Made by a program: the position numbers and the translations under genes. From Clostridia bacterium (lineage in GTDB: Bacteria > Bacillota > Clostridia > Monoglobales > Monoglobaceae), in assembly GCA_045645485.1 (NCBI GenBank), contig JAZRIX010000020.1, positions 33,681 to 97,680 of the forward strand: a DNA stretch of 64,000 bases, given 5' to 3'. The notes below the pieces were generated by a model. The model did not search any database, was not told the DNA's origin, and was given only the letters and a program-made list of their open reading frames with translations. Positions within the stretch are counted from its first letter, which is position 1. Each line of letters begins with the position of its first letter. Of this stretch, positions 47,708 to 57,747 are shown piece by piece.

Positions 47708-49117
47708 TTGAAGGAAATTGACAGCTTGGAAATGGAAAAGCAACGGGATTTTATGGAAAAAATTCGCATGGAGAATCATGCCTCCCAAAGACAACCGCTT
47801 GCTTTTGTTGAAACATACGGCTGTGCCCAGAACGAAAACGATTCGGAACGGCTTTGTGGTATGCTTGCGGATATGGGATACGGCTTTTGTGAGAAGGCGG
47901 AGGATGCTGATTTGGTTATATACAATACCTGCGCTGTCCGTGAAAATGCAGAGCTGAGGGTTTTCGGAAATCTAGGTGCTCTCAAAAACATAAAACGCAA
48001 AAAGCCCTCATTGCTTATCGGTGTGTGCGGCTGTATGATTCAGCAACAGCATATTGCCGAACAGATAAAAAAGAAATACAAGCATGTTGATATGATATTC
48101 GGAACACACGTTGTCTATCGGTTTCCCCAGATTCTTGATGAAGCACGGTCAGATTCAAGAGTCCTTGATATCGAAGACAGCGAAGGCAGAATTTTTGAGG
48201 GAGTGACCTCCAGACGCGGGGCACCTCCTCTTGCCAAAATTCCCATTATGTATGGCTGTAACAATTTCTGTACATATTGCATTGTGCCTTATGTCAGAGG
48301 CCGCGAACGCAGCCGCAGTGCGGACAACATTCTGAAAGAGGTAAGAGAGGTTGCCTGTCAGGGTTACAAAGAGGTTATGCTTCTGGGGCAGAACGTCAAT
48401 TCCTATGGAAAGGACCTTGACGAAAGGATTTCTTTTGCGGAGCTTTTGTCCATGGTGTGCCGTATTGACGGAATTGAGCGTGTGCGGTTTATGACATCGC
48501 ATCCCAAGGATATTTCTGATGAGCTGATTGAGACTATGTCACGTGAACCCAAAATCTGCAAACAGCTTCATCTTCCGGTGCAGTGCGGCTCGGACCGTAT
48601 TCTGAAAAAAATGAACCGCAGCTACAGCCGTGAAAGGTATCTTGAAATTGTGAAAAAGGTTCGCGACAAAATGCCCGAAATTGTTCTCACAACCGATATT
48701 ATTGTGGGCTTCCCCGGTGAAACAAACGAAGACTTTGAAGAAACCATGTCCATTCTTGCGGAAGTGGAATACGATATGATTTTCTCCTTCATTTATTCAA
48801 AGCGCAAGGGAACCCCTGCGGCTGAAATGGAGGATTGCCTCACCGATGAGGAAAAACACCGCAACTTTGAAAGAATGGTGGATTTCCAGAACATTATTTC
48901 GAAAAAGAAAAATGATAAGTACCACGGAACCTGTCAGAAGGTTCTGGTTGAGGGACCCAGCAAAACAAATCCCGAATTTTTGTGCGGCAGAACCGACGGA
49001 GGAAAAATCGTAAACTTCAGGGGTACTGCGGATATGACGGGCCGGATTCTTGATATAAAAATTACTGAAGTAAAAACATGGTCATTGATTGGCGAGATAA
49101 TACAGGAGGAAGAATAA
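47708..49117 (+). CDS. miaB: tRNA-2-methylthio-N6-dimethylallyladenosine synthase (radical SAM methylthiotransferase)
   Basis: ETYGCAQNENDSE, the radical SAM motif CNNFCTYCIVP, and a TRAM domain at the C-terminus. The start is TTG 47708 (GGGGAG RBS) or ATG 47732. Confidence 0.93.
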   Translation: MKEIDSLEMEKQRDFMEKIRMENHASQRQPLAFVETYGCAQNENDSERLCGMLADMGYGFCEKAEDADLVIYNTCAVRENAELRVFGNLGALKNIKRKKPSLLIGVCGCMIQQQHIAEQIKKKYKHVDMIFGTHVVYRFPQILDEARSDSRVLDIEDSEGRIFEGVTSRRGAPPLAKIPIMYGCNNFCTYCIVPYVRGRERSRSADNILKEVREVACQGYKEVMLLGQNVNSYGKDLDERISFAELLSMVCRIDGIERVRFMTSHPKDISDELIETMSREPKICKQLHLPVQCGSDRILKKMNRSYSRERYLEIVKKVRDKMPEIVLTTDIIVGFPGETNEDFEETMSILAEVEYDMIFSFIYSKRKGTPAAEMEDCLTDEEKHRNFERMVDFQNIISKKKNDKYHGTCQKVLVEGPSKTNPEFLCGRTDGGKIVNFRGTADMTGRILDIKITEVKTWSLIGEIIQEEE

Positions 49118-49521
49118 TGAGAAATACAATTATTGAAAAAGCACAGGAGCTTGGAACACTTATTTCCGAAAGCCCCGAAAAGGAAAGACTGGCGGCTGCC
49201 GGTGATGCTATGAACAATGACGAGGAAGCAACAACTCTTCTTCGTACTTACAATGAAAACAGAAAGACTGCAACAGAAAACCTTCGGGGCAAGGAACCCA
49301 CCAAGGAAGAACTGGAAGAATACAGAAATTATGTTCAGTCCGAATTTGAAAAGATTGCATCAAACAAGCTGATTGCGGAATATATCGAAGCCAGCAAGGA
49401 ATTTGACCTTATGGTTCAGCAGGTAAACGCTGTACTCAGTTACTTTATTACGGGTGAAGAACAGGCAAGCGGCGAAGGCAGCTGCAGCGGTAATTGCTCA
49501 AGCTGTTCCTCCTGTCATTAA
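49117..49521 (+). CDS. ymcA: YmcA/YlbF (RicA-like, DUF964) family protein with a Cys-rich C-terminal tail
   Basis: 134 aa starting MRNTIIEKAQELGTLISESPE. It has a helical YlbF/YmcA-like profile and the conserved position downstream of miaB. Its start overlaps the miaB stop (TAATG) after GGAGGA. The tail is CSGNCSSCSSCH. Confidence 0.75.
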   Translation: MRNTIIEKAQELGTLISESPEKERLAAAGDAMNNDEEATTLLRTYNENRKTATENLRGKEPTKEELEEYRNYVQSEFEKIASNKLIAEYIEASKEFDLMVQQVNAVLSYFITGEEQASGEGSCSGNCSSCSSCH

Positions 49522-49605
49522 TCTATTGACGAAGATTCGCCTTATTTTCGTCTGACGAAGATTCGTTGAAATATTGCATCTCTAATAAGTTTGGAGGAAT
49601 AACAA

Positions 49606-52221
49606 ATGGCTGAATATACGCCGATGATGCGTCAGTATTTTGAAATTAAAAATGAATACAAAGACAGCATACTGATGTACAGACTGGGTGACTTTTATGA
49701 AATGTTTTTTGATGATGCTCAGATTGCGGCAAAGGTTCTTGAAATCACTCTGACGGGCAGAGATTGCGGTCAGGAGGAGCGTGCACCTATGTGCGGTGTG
49801 CCATTCCATTCTGTTGACAGCTATATTGCAAAGCTGGTTGAGAATGGCTATACCGTTGCTATATGCGAGCAAACCGAGGACCCTGCCGCCGCAAAGGGCA
49901 TCGTGAAAAGAGAGGTTGTCCGTGTTATTACTCCCGGTACAATTATGGATTCTGCCGCCCTTGATGAATCCAAGAACAACTACCTTGCTTCGGTGTTTGT
50001 GGAAGGTAAGGCGGCGGGAATTTCTTTTGTCGATATTACCACAGGTGAAATTTCTGTAAATGAATTTGAAGGTGAAGATATTGAAATTCAGCTTCTCAAT
50101 GAAATAAGCAGATTTTCTACCGCAGAAATTGTTATGAACCGTGAAGCATACGAAAAAGATGTTTTCGTAGGAATGATTGCAGAACGCTTCGGTTGTCCCA
50201 TAAGAAATTATTATAACTGGGCATTTGACCGTGAAACTGCAAAAAAGACGGTTTTTGAAAAATTCGGAGAGGTTCAGCAGGAGCTTTTTGACAAAGGCTT
50301 TGCCATATGCAGTCTGGGCGCGCTTCTTATGTTCCTTTCAGAAACACAAAAAACAGAGCTTGCCAATCTTCGTGAGGTTCAGGTTGTTGAAAGTCAGGAA
50401 TATATGGAGCTTGACCTTTACAGCATCAGAAATCTGGAGCTTCTTGAAACAATGCGTGACAAGAAAAGCAGAGGAAGTCTTCTGGCGGTGCTGAACAAAA
50501 CAAAAACCTCTATGGGCGGAAGACTGCTCAGAAGGTGGATAACAATGCCTCTTGCCAACTGTGCAAAAATTCAGAACAGACACAAGGCGGTAGGGGAGCT
50601 TGTGAAGAACCCCATATTGCGTGAAGAAATTATTGATGCCCTGAAGCCTGTTCAGGATATTGAAAGACTGGTTGCAAAGGCTACATACAAAACTGCAAAC
50701 TGCCGCGATTTGCTGGCTATTGCGGAATCACTTGAAACTCTTCCGGATGTGAAAAGACTTTTGTCCCAGTGCTCATCGGGAATTTTTCAGAATCTTTGCA
50801 GACAGCTTGATACCCTTGAGGATGTGAAAGGCGTTATCAGGGATGCAATCAATCCCGAGCCTCCCATTTCACTGAGAGAAGGCAATCTTATCCGTGACGG
50901 ATTCAGCAGTGAGGTTGATACCCGCCGTGAGCTTATGAAAAACGGCGTAAACTGGATAAAGAACTTTGCTGAGGAAGAAAAGGGAAAAACAGGCATAAAA
51001 AATATAAAAGTAGGCTACAACAGAGTATTTGGTTATTACCTTGAAATAAGCAAGCAAAACAGCGGAGATGTACCTGATTATTTTGTAAGAAAGCAGACTC
51101 TTTCCAACTGTGAGAGATACATTACTCCCCAGATAAAAGAGGTTGAAGAAAAAATTGTGGAAGCCGAAAGTCAGATTGTCAATATGGAATATGATATGTT
51201 CTGCAAGGTTCGTGACCTTGTGGCGGAGCAGGTAGGACGTATTCAGGCAACGGCTCACGCGGTTGCCACCATTGACGTTTTGTGCTCCTTTGCCTTTATT
51301 GCCGAGAAGAACAGATACGTTATGCCTGATATGAGCATTTCGGACAGAATTGTGATAAAAGACGGAAGACATCCCGTCATTGAAAACCTTACGCCTATGT
51401 TTATTCCCAATGATACCGAGCTTGACGGCAACAGCCGTCAGATTGCTATTATTACGGGCCCCAATATGGCAGGTAAGTCTACATATATGAGACAGACAGC
51501 TCTTATTGTGCTTATGGCACAGATGGGCTCCTTTGTTCCTGCGGCATCGGCTGAAATCGGAGTTGTGGACAAGATTTTCACCCGTGTGGGTGCATCCGAC
51601 GACCTTTCGGCAGGACAGAGTACCTTTATGGTTGAAATGAATGAGGTTGCATACATTCTTGACAATGCAACAAAAAAGAGTCTTGTTATTCTTGATGAAA
51701 TCGGCAGAGGCACAAGCACCTTTGACGGACTTGCAATTGCCTGGGCTGTGGTTGAATATATGGCAAACAAAAACAAGTGCGGAGCAAAAACCCTTTTTGC
51801 AACTCACTACCACGAGCTTACGGAGCTTGAGGACAGAATCGACGGGGTGAAGAATTACTGCATTGCCGTGAAAAAGAATGGTGATGACATTACCTTCCTC
51901 AGAAAGATTATCCGCGGCGGTGCCGACGGAAGCTACGGTGTTGAGGTTGCGGCTCTGGCAGGGGTGAAAAAGGATGTTACAAAGCGTGCCAAGGAAATCC
52001 TGAAGGAGCTTGAGCTTCGTGACGGCGGCACGGTGGATATTCCGCAGAAAAAGACTCAAAAGAAAAAGAGCGTTGATTTGTTCTCAGACCAGCTCAGCTT
52101 TGGCGGTCTTGAAGAAAATGAGATTGTCGCTGAAATAAAGGGACTTTCTCTTGACAATATGTCTCCCATGGAGGCTCTCACCAAGCTTTATGCCCTCAAG
52201 GCGAAGGCTGATAATTTGTAA
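49606..52221 (+). CDS. mutS: DNA mismatch repair protein MutS
   Basis: 871 aa with TPMMRQYFEIK, the Walker A ITGPNMAGKSTYMRQ, and ILDEIGRGTSTFDG. Confidence 0.98.
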   Translation: MAEYTPMMRQYFEIKNEYKDSILMYRLGDFYEMFFDDAQIAAKVLEITLTGRDCGQEERAPMCGVPFHSVDSYIAKLVENGYTVAICEQTEDPAAAKGIVKREVVRVITPGTIMDSAALDESKNNYLASVFVEGKAAGISFVDITTGEISVNEFEGEDIEIQLLNEISRFSTAEIVMNREAYEKDVFVGMIAERFGCPIRNYYNWAFDRETAKKTVFEKFGEVQQELFDKGFAICSLGALLMFLSETQKTELANLREVQVVESQEYMELDLYSIRNLELLETMRDKKSRGSLLAVLNKTKTSMGGRLLRRWITMPLANCAKIQNRHKAVGELVKNPILREEIIDALKPVQDIERLVAKATYKTANCRDLLAIAESLETLPDVKRLLSQCSSGIFQNLCRQLDTLEDVKGVIRDAINPEPPISLREGNLIRDGFSSEVDTRRELMKNGVNWIKNFAEEEKGKTGIKNIKVGYNRVFGYYLEISKQNSGDVPDYFVRKQTLSNCERYITPQIKEVEEKIVEAESQIVNMEYDMFCKVRDLVAEQVGRIQATAHAVATIDVLCSFAFIAEKNRYVMPDMSISDRIVIKDGRHPVIENLTPMFIPNDTELDGNSRQIAIITGPNMAGKSTYMRQTALIVLMAQMGSFVPAASAEIGVVDKIFTRVGASDDLSAGQSTFMVEMNEVAYILDNATKKSLVILDEIGRGTSTFDGLAIAWAVVEYMANKNKCGAKTLFATHYHELTELEDRIDGVKNYCIAVKKNGDDITFLRKIIRGGADGSYGVEVAALAGVKKDVTKRAKEILKELELRDGGTVDIPQKKTQKKKSVDLFSDQLSFGGLEENEIVAEIKGLSLDNMSPMEALTKLYALKAKADNL

Positions 52222-52256
52222 TACAGTACTCAGATTGAAAATGAAAGGAAAAGGTT

Positions 52257-54251
52257 ATGGCGGAAATCAGAGTTTTGTCTCAGGCTGTTGCTGACAAGAT
52301 TGCCGCAGGGGAGGTTGCTGAAAGACCTTCGGCTGTGGTAAAGGAGCTGGTTGAAAACTCAATAGATGCAGGTGCTGACAGAATTACTGTTGAAATCAAA
52401 AAAGGCGGTATTTCGTATATTTTGGTGGAAGACAACGGCAAGGGTATTCCCTTTGACGAGGTCGAAACCGCATTTGTCCGTCATGCAACAAGCAAGCTGA
52501 GAGAAATAGATGACCTGTTTGAAATTTATACAATGGGCTTCAGAGGCGAGGCTCTTGCCAGTATTTGTGCCGTGTCGGATGTGACTGTCATAACAAAACA
52601 GAAGGATGCGGCAGAGGGTGCACATGTTACGGTGAACCACGGTCGTATTTCAAAAAAGGAAACCGTTGCCTGCAATGACGGAACTGTAATGGTGGTGGAA
52701 AACCTTTTTGCATCTGTTCCTGCCCGTATGAAATTTCTGAAAAAGGATTCAACAGAGGCAGGGTATGTTGCGGATGTTCTTAACAGGATTGCTCTTTCAA
52801 GACCTGATATTGCCTTCAGATATATCTGTGACGGAAAGGAACTGTTTTCTACCTCTGGTGACGGAAATCTGAAAAATGCAATCCTCAATATTTACGGCAT
52901 TGACCATGCAAAAGGTGTTCTGGAGGTTGACCACACCGAGCACGGTGTTTCGGTAACGGGCGTGGTGGGAAAGGCTGAGCTTTCCAGAGGAAACCGTATG
53001 AGACAAACACTTTTTGTCAACGGCAGATACATAAAGAATCACGTTGTTTCAAAAATTGTTGAGGAAGCATACAGAAATGTTATTATGACGGGAAAGTTTC
53101 CCTTCTTTGTCCTTGACATAAAGCTGTCACCAAGTCTGGTGGATGTAAACGTGCATCCCGCCAAGACGGAAATTAAATTTGCAAACGAGAAAGAAGTTTA
53201 TGATATAGTATACCATGCGGTGAAAAATGCAATCTACCGCCGTGAATCTGCAGCAATTGAAAGCATACCGCAACAGTCGGAAAACAAGACCGAGCCTATG
53301 AAAGCGTCATATAATCCCATGCCCAAGCCTTTGTCAGAGACACAGGAAAAAAGAACCTTTTCTACTCCTGAACAAAAGCATATAGCTCAGTTTATGGAAA
53401 GTACGGTTCCCAAAAAGGCGGGAGGAATTGTCTTCAGAGAGCCTGAAATGCCAAACCCTTTCGAAAAACTGAAAACAGGGCAATTTGACTCTGAGCTTGA
53501 AAGAAAAATGCAGGAAATGAAGGCTGCTGTGTCGAAGGTGAGTGCAGAAGAGAAGATTTCTGAAATTTCAACGGAAGGCAAAAGCCTTTTGGAGGACCTT
53601 TCGGCTGAGAAAACCGAAAAGGTTCAGGAATCCCTTTTTGATATTACCGAGCCCGAACAGAAAAAGGATGAAGCTATTCGGGTTGTGGGTCAGGTGTTTG
53701 ACACATATGTTATTGCCCAGCAGGGTGAGAAAATGTTTCTGGTTGACCAGCACGCCGCTCACGAGAGAAAGCGTTTTGAAATTCTGAAAAAGGATTATGA
53801 GGAACGGGGAGTTTCGGGGCAGATGTTGCTTGAACCAATTGTTCTGGATGTGGACAGCCGTGAAATTCAGGTTGTGAAGGACAATAAAAATATTCTTGAA
53901 AATATGGGCTTTGAAATGGAAGAATTCGGTCGGACTTCGGTACTGATACGCCAGACCCCCTTTGTCTCGGACGAGGAGGATATCAAGAATCTTGCCCTTG
54001 AGGTTATTTCCATACTTTCTGACGGCAGACCTGCGGGAATGCTGAGCTTTGAAGAAAGAGTGCTTGACACGGTTTCCTGCAAGTATGCCATAAAGGCAAA
54101 CAAAAAGCTTAGTGCTCTTGAAATGGAGGTTCTTCTGGCGGATGTGGCTGACCTTGAAAAGTCGGGAATTACAACCTGTCCTCACGGAAGACCCATAAAA
54201 ATTGAGTTTTCAAAGCGTGAGATTGAGAAAATGTTCAAAAGAATTGTTTAG
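52257..54251 (+). CDS. mutL: DNA mismatch repair protein MutL
   Basis: 664 aa with IAAGEVAERPSAVVKELVENSIDAGA, GFRGEAL and the endonuclease motif DQHAAHERKRFE. Confidence 0.97.
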   Translation: MAEIRVLSQAVADKIAAGEVAERPSAVVKELVENSIDAGADRITVEIKKGGISYILVEDNGKGIPFDEVETAFVRHATSKLREIDDLFEIYTMGFRGEALASICAVSDVTVITKQKDAAEGAHVTVNHGRISKKETVACNDGTVMVVENLFASVPARMKFLKKDSTEAGYVADVLNRIALSRPDIAFRYICDGKELFSTSGDGNLKNAILNIYGIDHAKGVLEVDHTEHGVSVTGVVGKAELSRGNRMRQTLFVNGRYIKNHVVSKIVEEAYRNVIMTGKFPFFVLDIKLSPSLVDVNVHPAKTEIKFANEKEVYDIVYHAVKNAIYRRESAAIESIPQQSENKTEPMKASYNPMPKPLSETQEKRTFSTPEQKHIAQFMESTVPKKAGGIVFREPEMPNPFEKLKTGQFDSELERKMQEMKAAVSKVSAEEKISEISTEGKSLLEDLSAEKTEKVQESLFDITEPEQKKDEAIRVVGQVFDTYVIAQQGEKMFLVDQHAAHERKRFEILKKDYEERGVSGQMLLEPIVLDVDSREIQVVKDNKNILENMGFEMEEFGRTSVLIRQTPFVSDEEDIKNLALEVISILSDGRPAGMLSFEERVLDTVSCKYAIKANKKLSALEMEVLLADVADLEKSGITTCPHGRPIKIEFSKREIEKMFKRIV

Positions 54252-54259
54252 GAGATGTT

Positions 54260-55183
54260 ATGCTGAAAAAGATTATAGCTGTTGCCGGACCCACCGCTTC
54301 GGGGAAGACTGCATTGGCTATTGAGATTGCCAAAAGATTTGACGGTGAAATTGTTTCGTGCGATTCCATGCAGATTTACCGTAATATGGATATCGGCACT
54401 GCAAAGCCTACCCCTGAGGAGCAAAGTGCGGCACCCCATCATATGATTGACATTCTTGAACCTTGGGAAAGCTGCAGTGTTGCGGATTTTGTGAAAAAAG
54501 CAAGAACTGCCGTTGACGGTGTACTTGAGAGAGGAAAGCTGCCCGTTGTGGCAGGGGGTACGGGTCTTTATATGGACAGCGTTCTTGAAAATATTGTATT
54601 TGAGGATTTTGGTGCAGACCCTGACTTTCGTGAAGAAATGAATGTACTTGCGCAAAACCAAGGAGTGGAAGCCGTTCACAGTCTTCTTCGGGAAAAGGAC
54701 CCTGTTGCCGCAGAAAAAATCCACCCCAATAACGTAAGACGTGTTATAAGAGCTCTGGAGGTTTGCCGTCTGACAGGAAAGACCTTTACACAGGTTAATG
54801 AGGAATCAAGACGTGAGCCTGTGTATGATGCGTTGATTCTGGGAATTGATGCAGAGCGTGAAGTGCTTTATGACAGAATAAATCTGAGAGTGGACAAAAT
54901 GGTTTCCGAAGGACTTCTCAAAGAGGTTGAACACCTTGCCGAAATGGGCATCGGCCGTGATACCACAGCTATGCAGGCAATCGGCTACAAGGAGCTTCTG
55001 GATTTTCTTGAAAACAGGACAACCTTTGACGAGGCCGTGGAAAAAATCAAAATGGAAAGCAGAAGATATGCCAAAAGACAGCTTACGTGGTTCAGAAGAA
55101 ACGAAAAAATCTGTTGGGTCAAAAATCAGACAGAGGATGACATAAAAGAAATAATTGACCTTTGTGAAAACTTTTTGAAGTAA
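54260..55183 (+). CDS. miaA: tRNA dimethylallyltransferase
   Basis: 307 aa with the P-loop GPTASGKT, CDSMQIYR, and RYAKRQLTWFR. Confidence 0.96.
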   Translation: MLKKIIAVAGPTASGKTALAIEIAKRFDGEIVSCDSMQIYRNMDIGTAKPTPEEQSAAPHHMIDILEPWESCSVADFVKKARTAVDGVLERGKLPVVAGGTGLYMDSVLENIVFEDFGADPDFREEMNVLAQNQGVEAVHSLLREKDPVAAEKIHPNNVRRVIRALEVCRLTGKTFTQVNEESRREPVYDALILGIDAEREVLYDRINLRVDKMVSEGLLKEVEHLAEMGIGRDTTAMQAIGYKELLDFLENRTTFDEAVEKIKMESRRYAKRQLTWFRRNEKICWVKNQTEDDIKEIIDLCENFLK

Positions 55184-55186
55184 TAA

Positions 55187-56491
55187 ATGAATGGAGTTTT
55201 TGACATGGAGGAGAAAAAAACATCCACCAGACATGAAAAAAGAATAAAGAAAAAAAAGAACAGAAGAAATTTTGCTTTTATTCTGTTTGTGGCTTTTGTG
55301 CTGTGTGTTGCTTTTAATGTTATTATTAATATGGGTGACAGACTTGAAACCATGATTGTCCGACGGGGCAGTGAGGAGGAGAGCATAGAAACAGACGGAT
55401 ATATATTCAGGGAGCAGACAGTAATAAACGCTCCTGAAGGCGGTTTTCTCCGCTACGAAGCCGATGAGGACCAGCGTGTTAAAAAGGGTGAGCTTGTTGC
55501 TTATGTCTATGAAAAGGAGATAAGTCCTTCGGCAAACAGTGAGCTTAAGGCAGTAGAAGCAGAAATTGAAAAGCTTTCTTCAAAAACGGGAAAACGTGAT
55601 GTTTTCAGCAGTGACTCAAAAAAGGTGGAACAGACCATTGCCAGAAATCTTAAGCAGATTCCCCGTCTCGGCTATCAGAACGAGGCTGAAAAAATTGCTG
55701 AAATCAGAGATGAGATTGATGAGCTTATCAAAAGCCAAAGGGTAATAAAAGGCGAGAGTACGGCAGAAAATGAGGAAAATGAGCTTGAAAGGCTGAAACA
55801 GAAAAAAGCGGTGCTGGAGGCTGAACACGGTATTGACCGCAGCCCGGTTTATGCACCCGTGGCAGGAAGCTTTACTGCAAATCTTGACGGACTTGAAGAT
55901 GTTTATACCATTGAAGCTGTGGAGAATATAACACCCTCCTCTCTCAAGGAGCTTGGACGGAAAAATCCCAAAAACAACTCCACAAACAAAATCAGTAAGG
56001 ATGCTCCTCTTGGAAAGATTGTTAACAATTACAAATGGTATGTGGCGGTGTTGCTTGATGCAAAGGTTGCAGAAGATTTGGATGTTGGCGACAGTGTTGA
56101 AATACGCTTCAATGAGCTGAATGTCCGTACTGTTCAGGGAACGGTGGCGGCTGTCTCGCCTGAAGAGGGTGGAAAGGTTGCGGTTGCCGTCAAATCAAGC
56201 AAGTACGTTGAAGCAATTTATTCAACCTCAAAGGTGTCTGTTGAGCTTATCAAGCATTCCTATGAAGGGCTCAAGATTCCCTCTGAGAGTATCCGTATTG
56301 TTGACGGAAAAACGGGAGTATATGTTGTGAGGAATGACAAAGCGAGATTCTTCCCCGTGAAAATTCTGTACAACAACAAAAAATGGGCTGTTATTTCTGA
56401 AAGCCTGCCTGACGGCGAAACCACAATAAAGCTCTATGATGAACTGATTGTGGACGGGAAAAATTTATATGATAACAAGGTCGTGAGATAA
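55187..56491 (+). CDS. Membrane-anchored HlyD-like / biotin-lipoyl-like and coiled-coil protein of unknown function
   Basis: 434 aa. It has a basic N-terminus and one TM (FAFILFVAFVLCVAFNVII), the motif RVKKGELVAYVY, and coiled-coil stretches (ELKAVEAEIEKL, ENELERLKQKKAVLEAE). The C-terminal half is beta-rich. Confidence 0.55.
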   Translation: MNGVFDMEEKKTSTRHEKRIKKKKNRRNFAFILFVAFVLCVAFNVIINMGDRLETMIVRRGSEEESIETDGYIFREQTVINAPEGGFLRYEADEDQRVKKGELVAYVYEKEISPSANSELKAVEAEIEKLSSKTGKRDVFSSDSKKVEQTIARNLKQIPRLGYQNEAEKIAEIRDEIDELIKSQRVIKGESTAENEENELERLKQKKAVLEAEHGIDRSPVYAPVAGSFTANLDGLEDVYTIEAVENITPSSLKELGRKNPKNNSTNKISKDAPLGKIVNNYKWYVAVLLDAKVAEDLDVGDSVEIRFNELNVRTVQGTVAAVSPEEGGKVAVAVKSSKYVEAIYSTSKVSVELIKHSYEGLKIPSESIRIVDGKTGVYVVRNDKARFFPVKILYNNKKWAVISESLPDGETTIKLYDELIVDGKNLYDNKVVR

Positions 56492-57187
56492 ATGTTTTAT
56501 ATTGAAAAAAATCTCGAGCAGGTTCGCACACAGATTAAGGAAGCAACAGAGGCTGCGGGCAGAGAAACGGAATCCGCAAGACTTATTGCTGTTACAAAAA
56601 CCTACGGAACAGACGTCATAAATGAAGCTATAAGGCTTGGGGTTCAGGACATAGGCGAAAACCGTGTTCAGGAGATTATGGAAAAGTATCAGGATGTTTT
56701 GCCTGTGAGGTGGCACCTTATCGGACACTTGCAAAAAAACAAGGTTAAGTATATAATAGACAAGGTGGAGCTTATTCACTCGGTGGACAGCTTTGAGCTG
56801 GCAAAGGAGATTGATAAGCACGCAAAGAAGATTGACAAGGTTCAGAGGATTTTGCTTGAGGTGAATGTTTCGGGTGAGGAATCCAAATTCGGAATCAGAC
56901 CTGATGAATGTGCTGACCTTTGTGAAAGAATAAGCCTTCTTGAAAATGTAAAAATTGAGGGCCTTATGACCATTGCTCCGTTTGTTGATGATGAAAAGCT
57001 CCTGACGGAGGTTTTTTCCGGACTCAGAACACTGGCAGAGAAAATTGAAGCAAAAAATCTGGACAGAGTGGATATGACAGAGCTTTCCATGGGTATGACA
57101 AATGATTTTCCCCTTGCAATCCGTGAGGGTGCAACAATGGTCAGAGTGGGAACCGGAATTTTTGGAAAAAGAGACTATACAAAATAA
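56492..57187 (+). CDS. ylmE: YggS/YlmE family pyridoxal-phosphate homeostasis protein
   Basis: 231 aa with LIAVTKT, GENRVQE, WHLIGHLQKNK, and MGMTNDF. Confidence 0.92.
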   Translation: MFYIEKNLEQVRTQIKEATEAAGRETESARLIAVTKTYGTDVINEAIRLGVQDIGENRVQEIMEKYQDVLPVRWHLIGHLQKNKVKYIIDKVELIHSVDSFELAKEIDKHAKKIDKVQRILLEVNVSGEESKFGIRPDECADLCERISLLENVKIEGLMTIAPFVDDEKLLTEVFSGLRTLAEKIEAKNLDRVDMTELSMGMTNDFPLAIREGATMVRVGTGIFGKRDYTK

Positions 57188-57291
57188 AAAATATGTGATA
57201 TAATGTAGTATAGGTATATGTGTCATTGGCAAAATGACCTGACAATGTTGTAAATTATTAAACTATAATATATATTCGGGAGGAAAAAATT

Positions 57292-57747
57292 ATGAGTATC
57301 GTAAACAAAATGTTGAATCTTATTGGTTTTGAAACTCAGGAAGATTATGAAGAAGAGTTGATTGAAAGCAGTGAGTTCTCAAACAGCAATGTCTATGATG
57401 ACGATGAAATCGAGACTATCGACGGCGGAAAACGCAACAAGGTTGTCAAGATTCATACAACTGCTCAGCTCAAGCTGGTTGTTATGCAACCCGAGAATTT
57501 TGAGGATGCAAGAGATATTGCAAATCACCTCAAGAACAAGAAGCCTGTTGTAATCAACCTTGAAAATGTTGAAAGAAATCTTTCACAGAGAATCGTGGAC
57601 TTCCTCAGCGGTGCGGTTTATGCCCTTGACGGAAATATCCAGAAGGTTTCAAACGGTATATTCCTTATTGCTCCCTATAATGTTGGTATTATGGGTGACT
57701 TCAAGGACGAACTCAGAAACAAGGGAATTTTCCCCTGGAACAGCTGA
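57292..57747 (+). CDS. sepF: Cell division protein SepF
   Basis: 151 aa with the conserved core VVMQPENFEDARDIANHLKNKKPVVINLE...RIVDFLSGAVYALDGNIQKVSNGIFLIAP. Confidence 0.93.
   Translation: MSIVNKMLNLIGFETQEDYEEELIESSEFSNSNVYDDDEIETIDGGKRNKVVKIHTTAQLKLVVMQPENFEDARDIANHLKNKKPVVINLENVERNLSQRIVDFLSGAVYALDGNIQKVSNGIFLIAPYNVGIMGDFKDELRNKGIFPWNS

Noticed and set aside
50869-52059. 396-aa ORF on the minus strand, the longest unexplained ORF in the track
   Set aside because: It lies entirely antisense to the well-supported mutS gene. Its translation is low-complexity and rich in Cys, Asn, Phe, Lys and His, with no recognisable motif, RBS or start context. It is a typical shadow ORF of a strongly codon-biased gene.
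56465-57232. 255-aa minus-strand ORF antisense to ylmE
   Set aside because: This is a shadow ORF, and the sense strand encodes a clear YggS/YlmE protein. The same reasoning applies to 45693-46325, 53568-54185, 59813-60496, 60469-61002, 39414-40031, 37388-37987, 20434-21036, 46509-47057 and 27628-28134.
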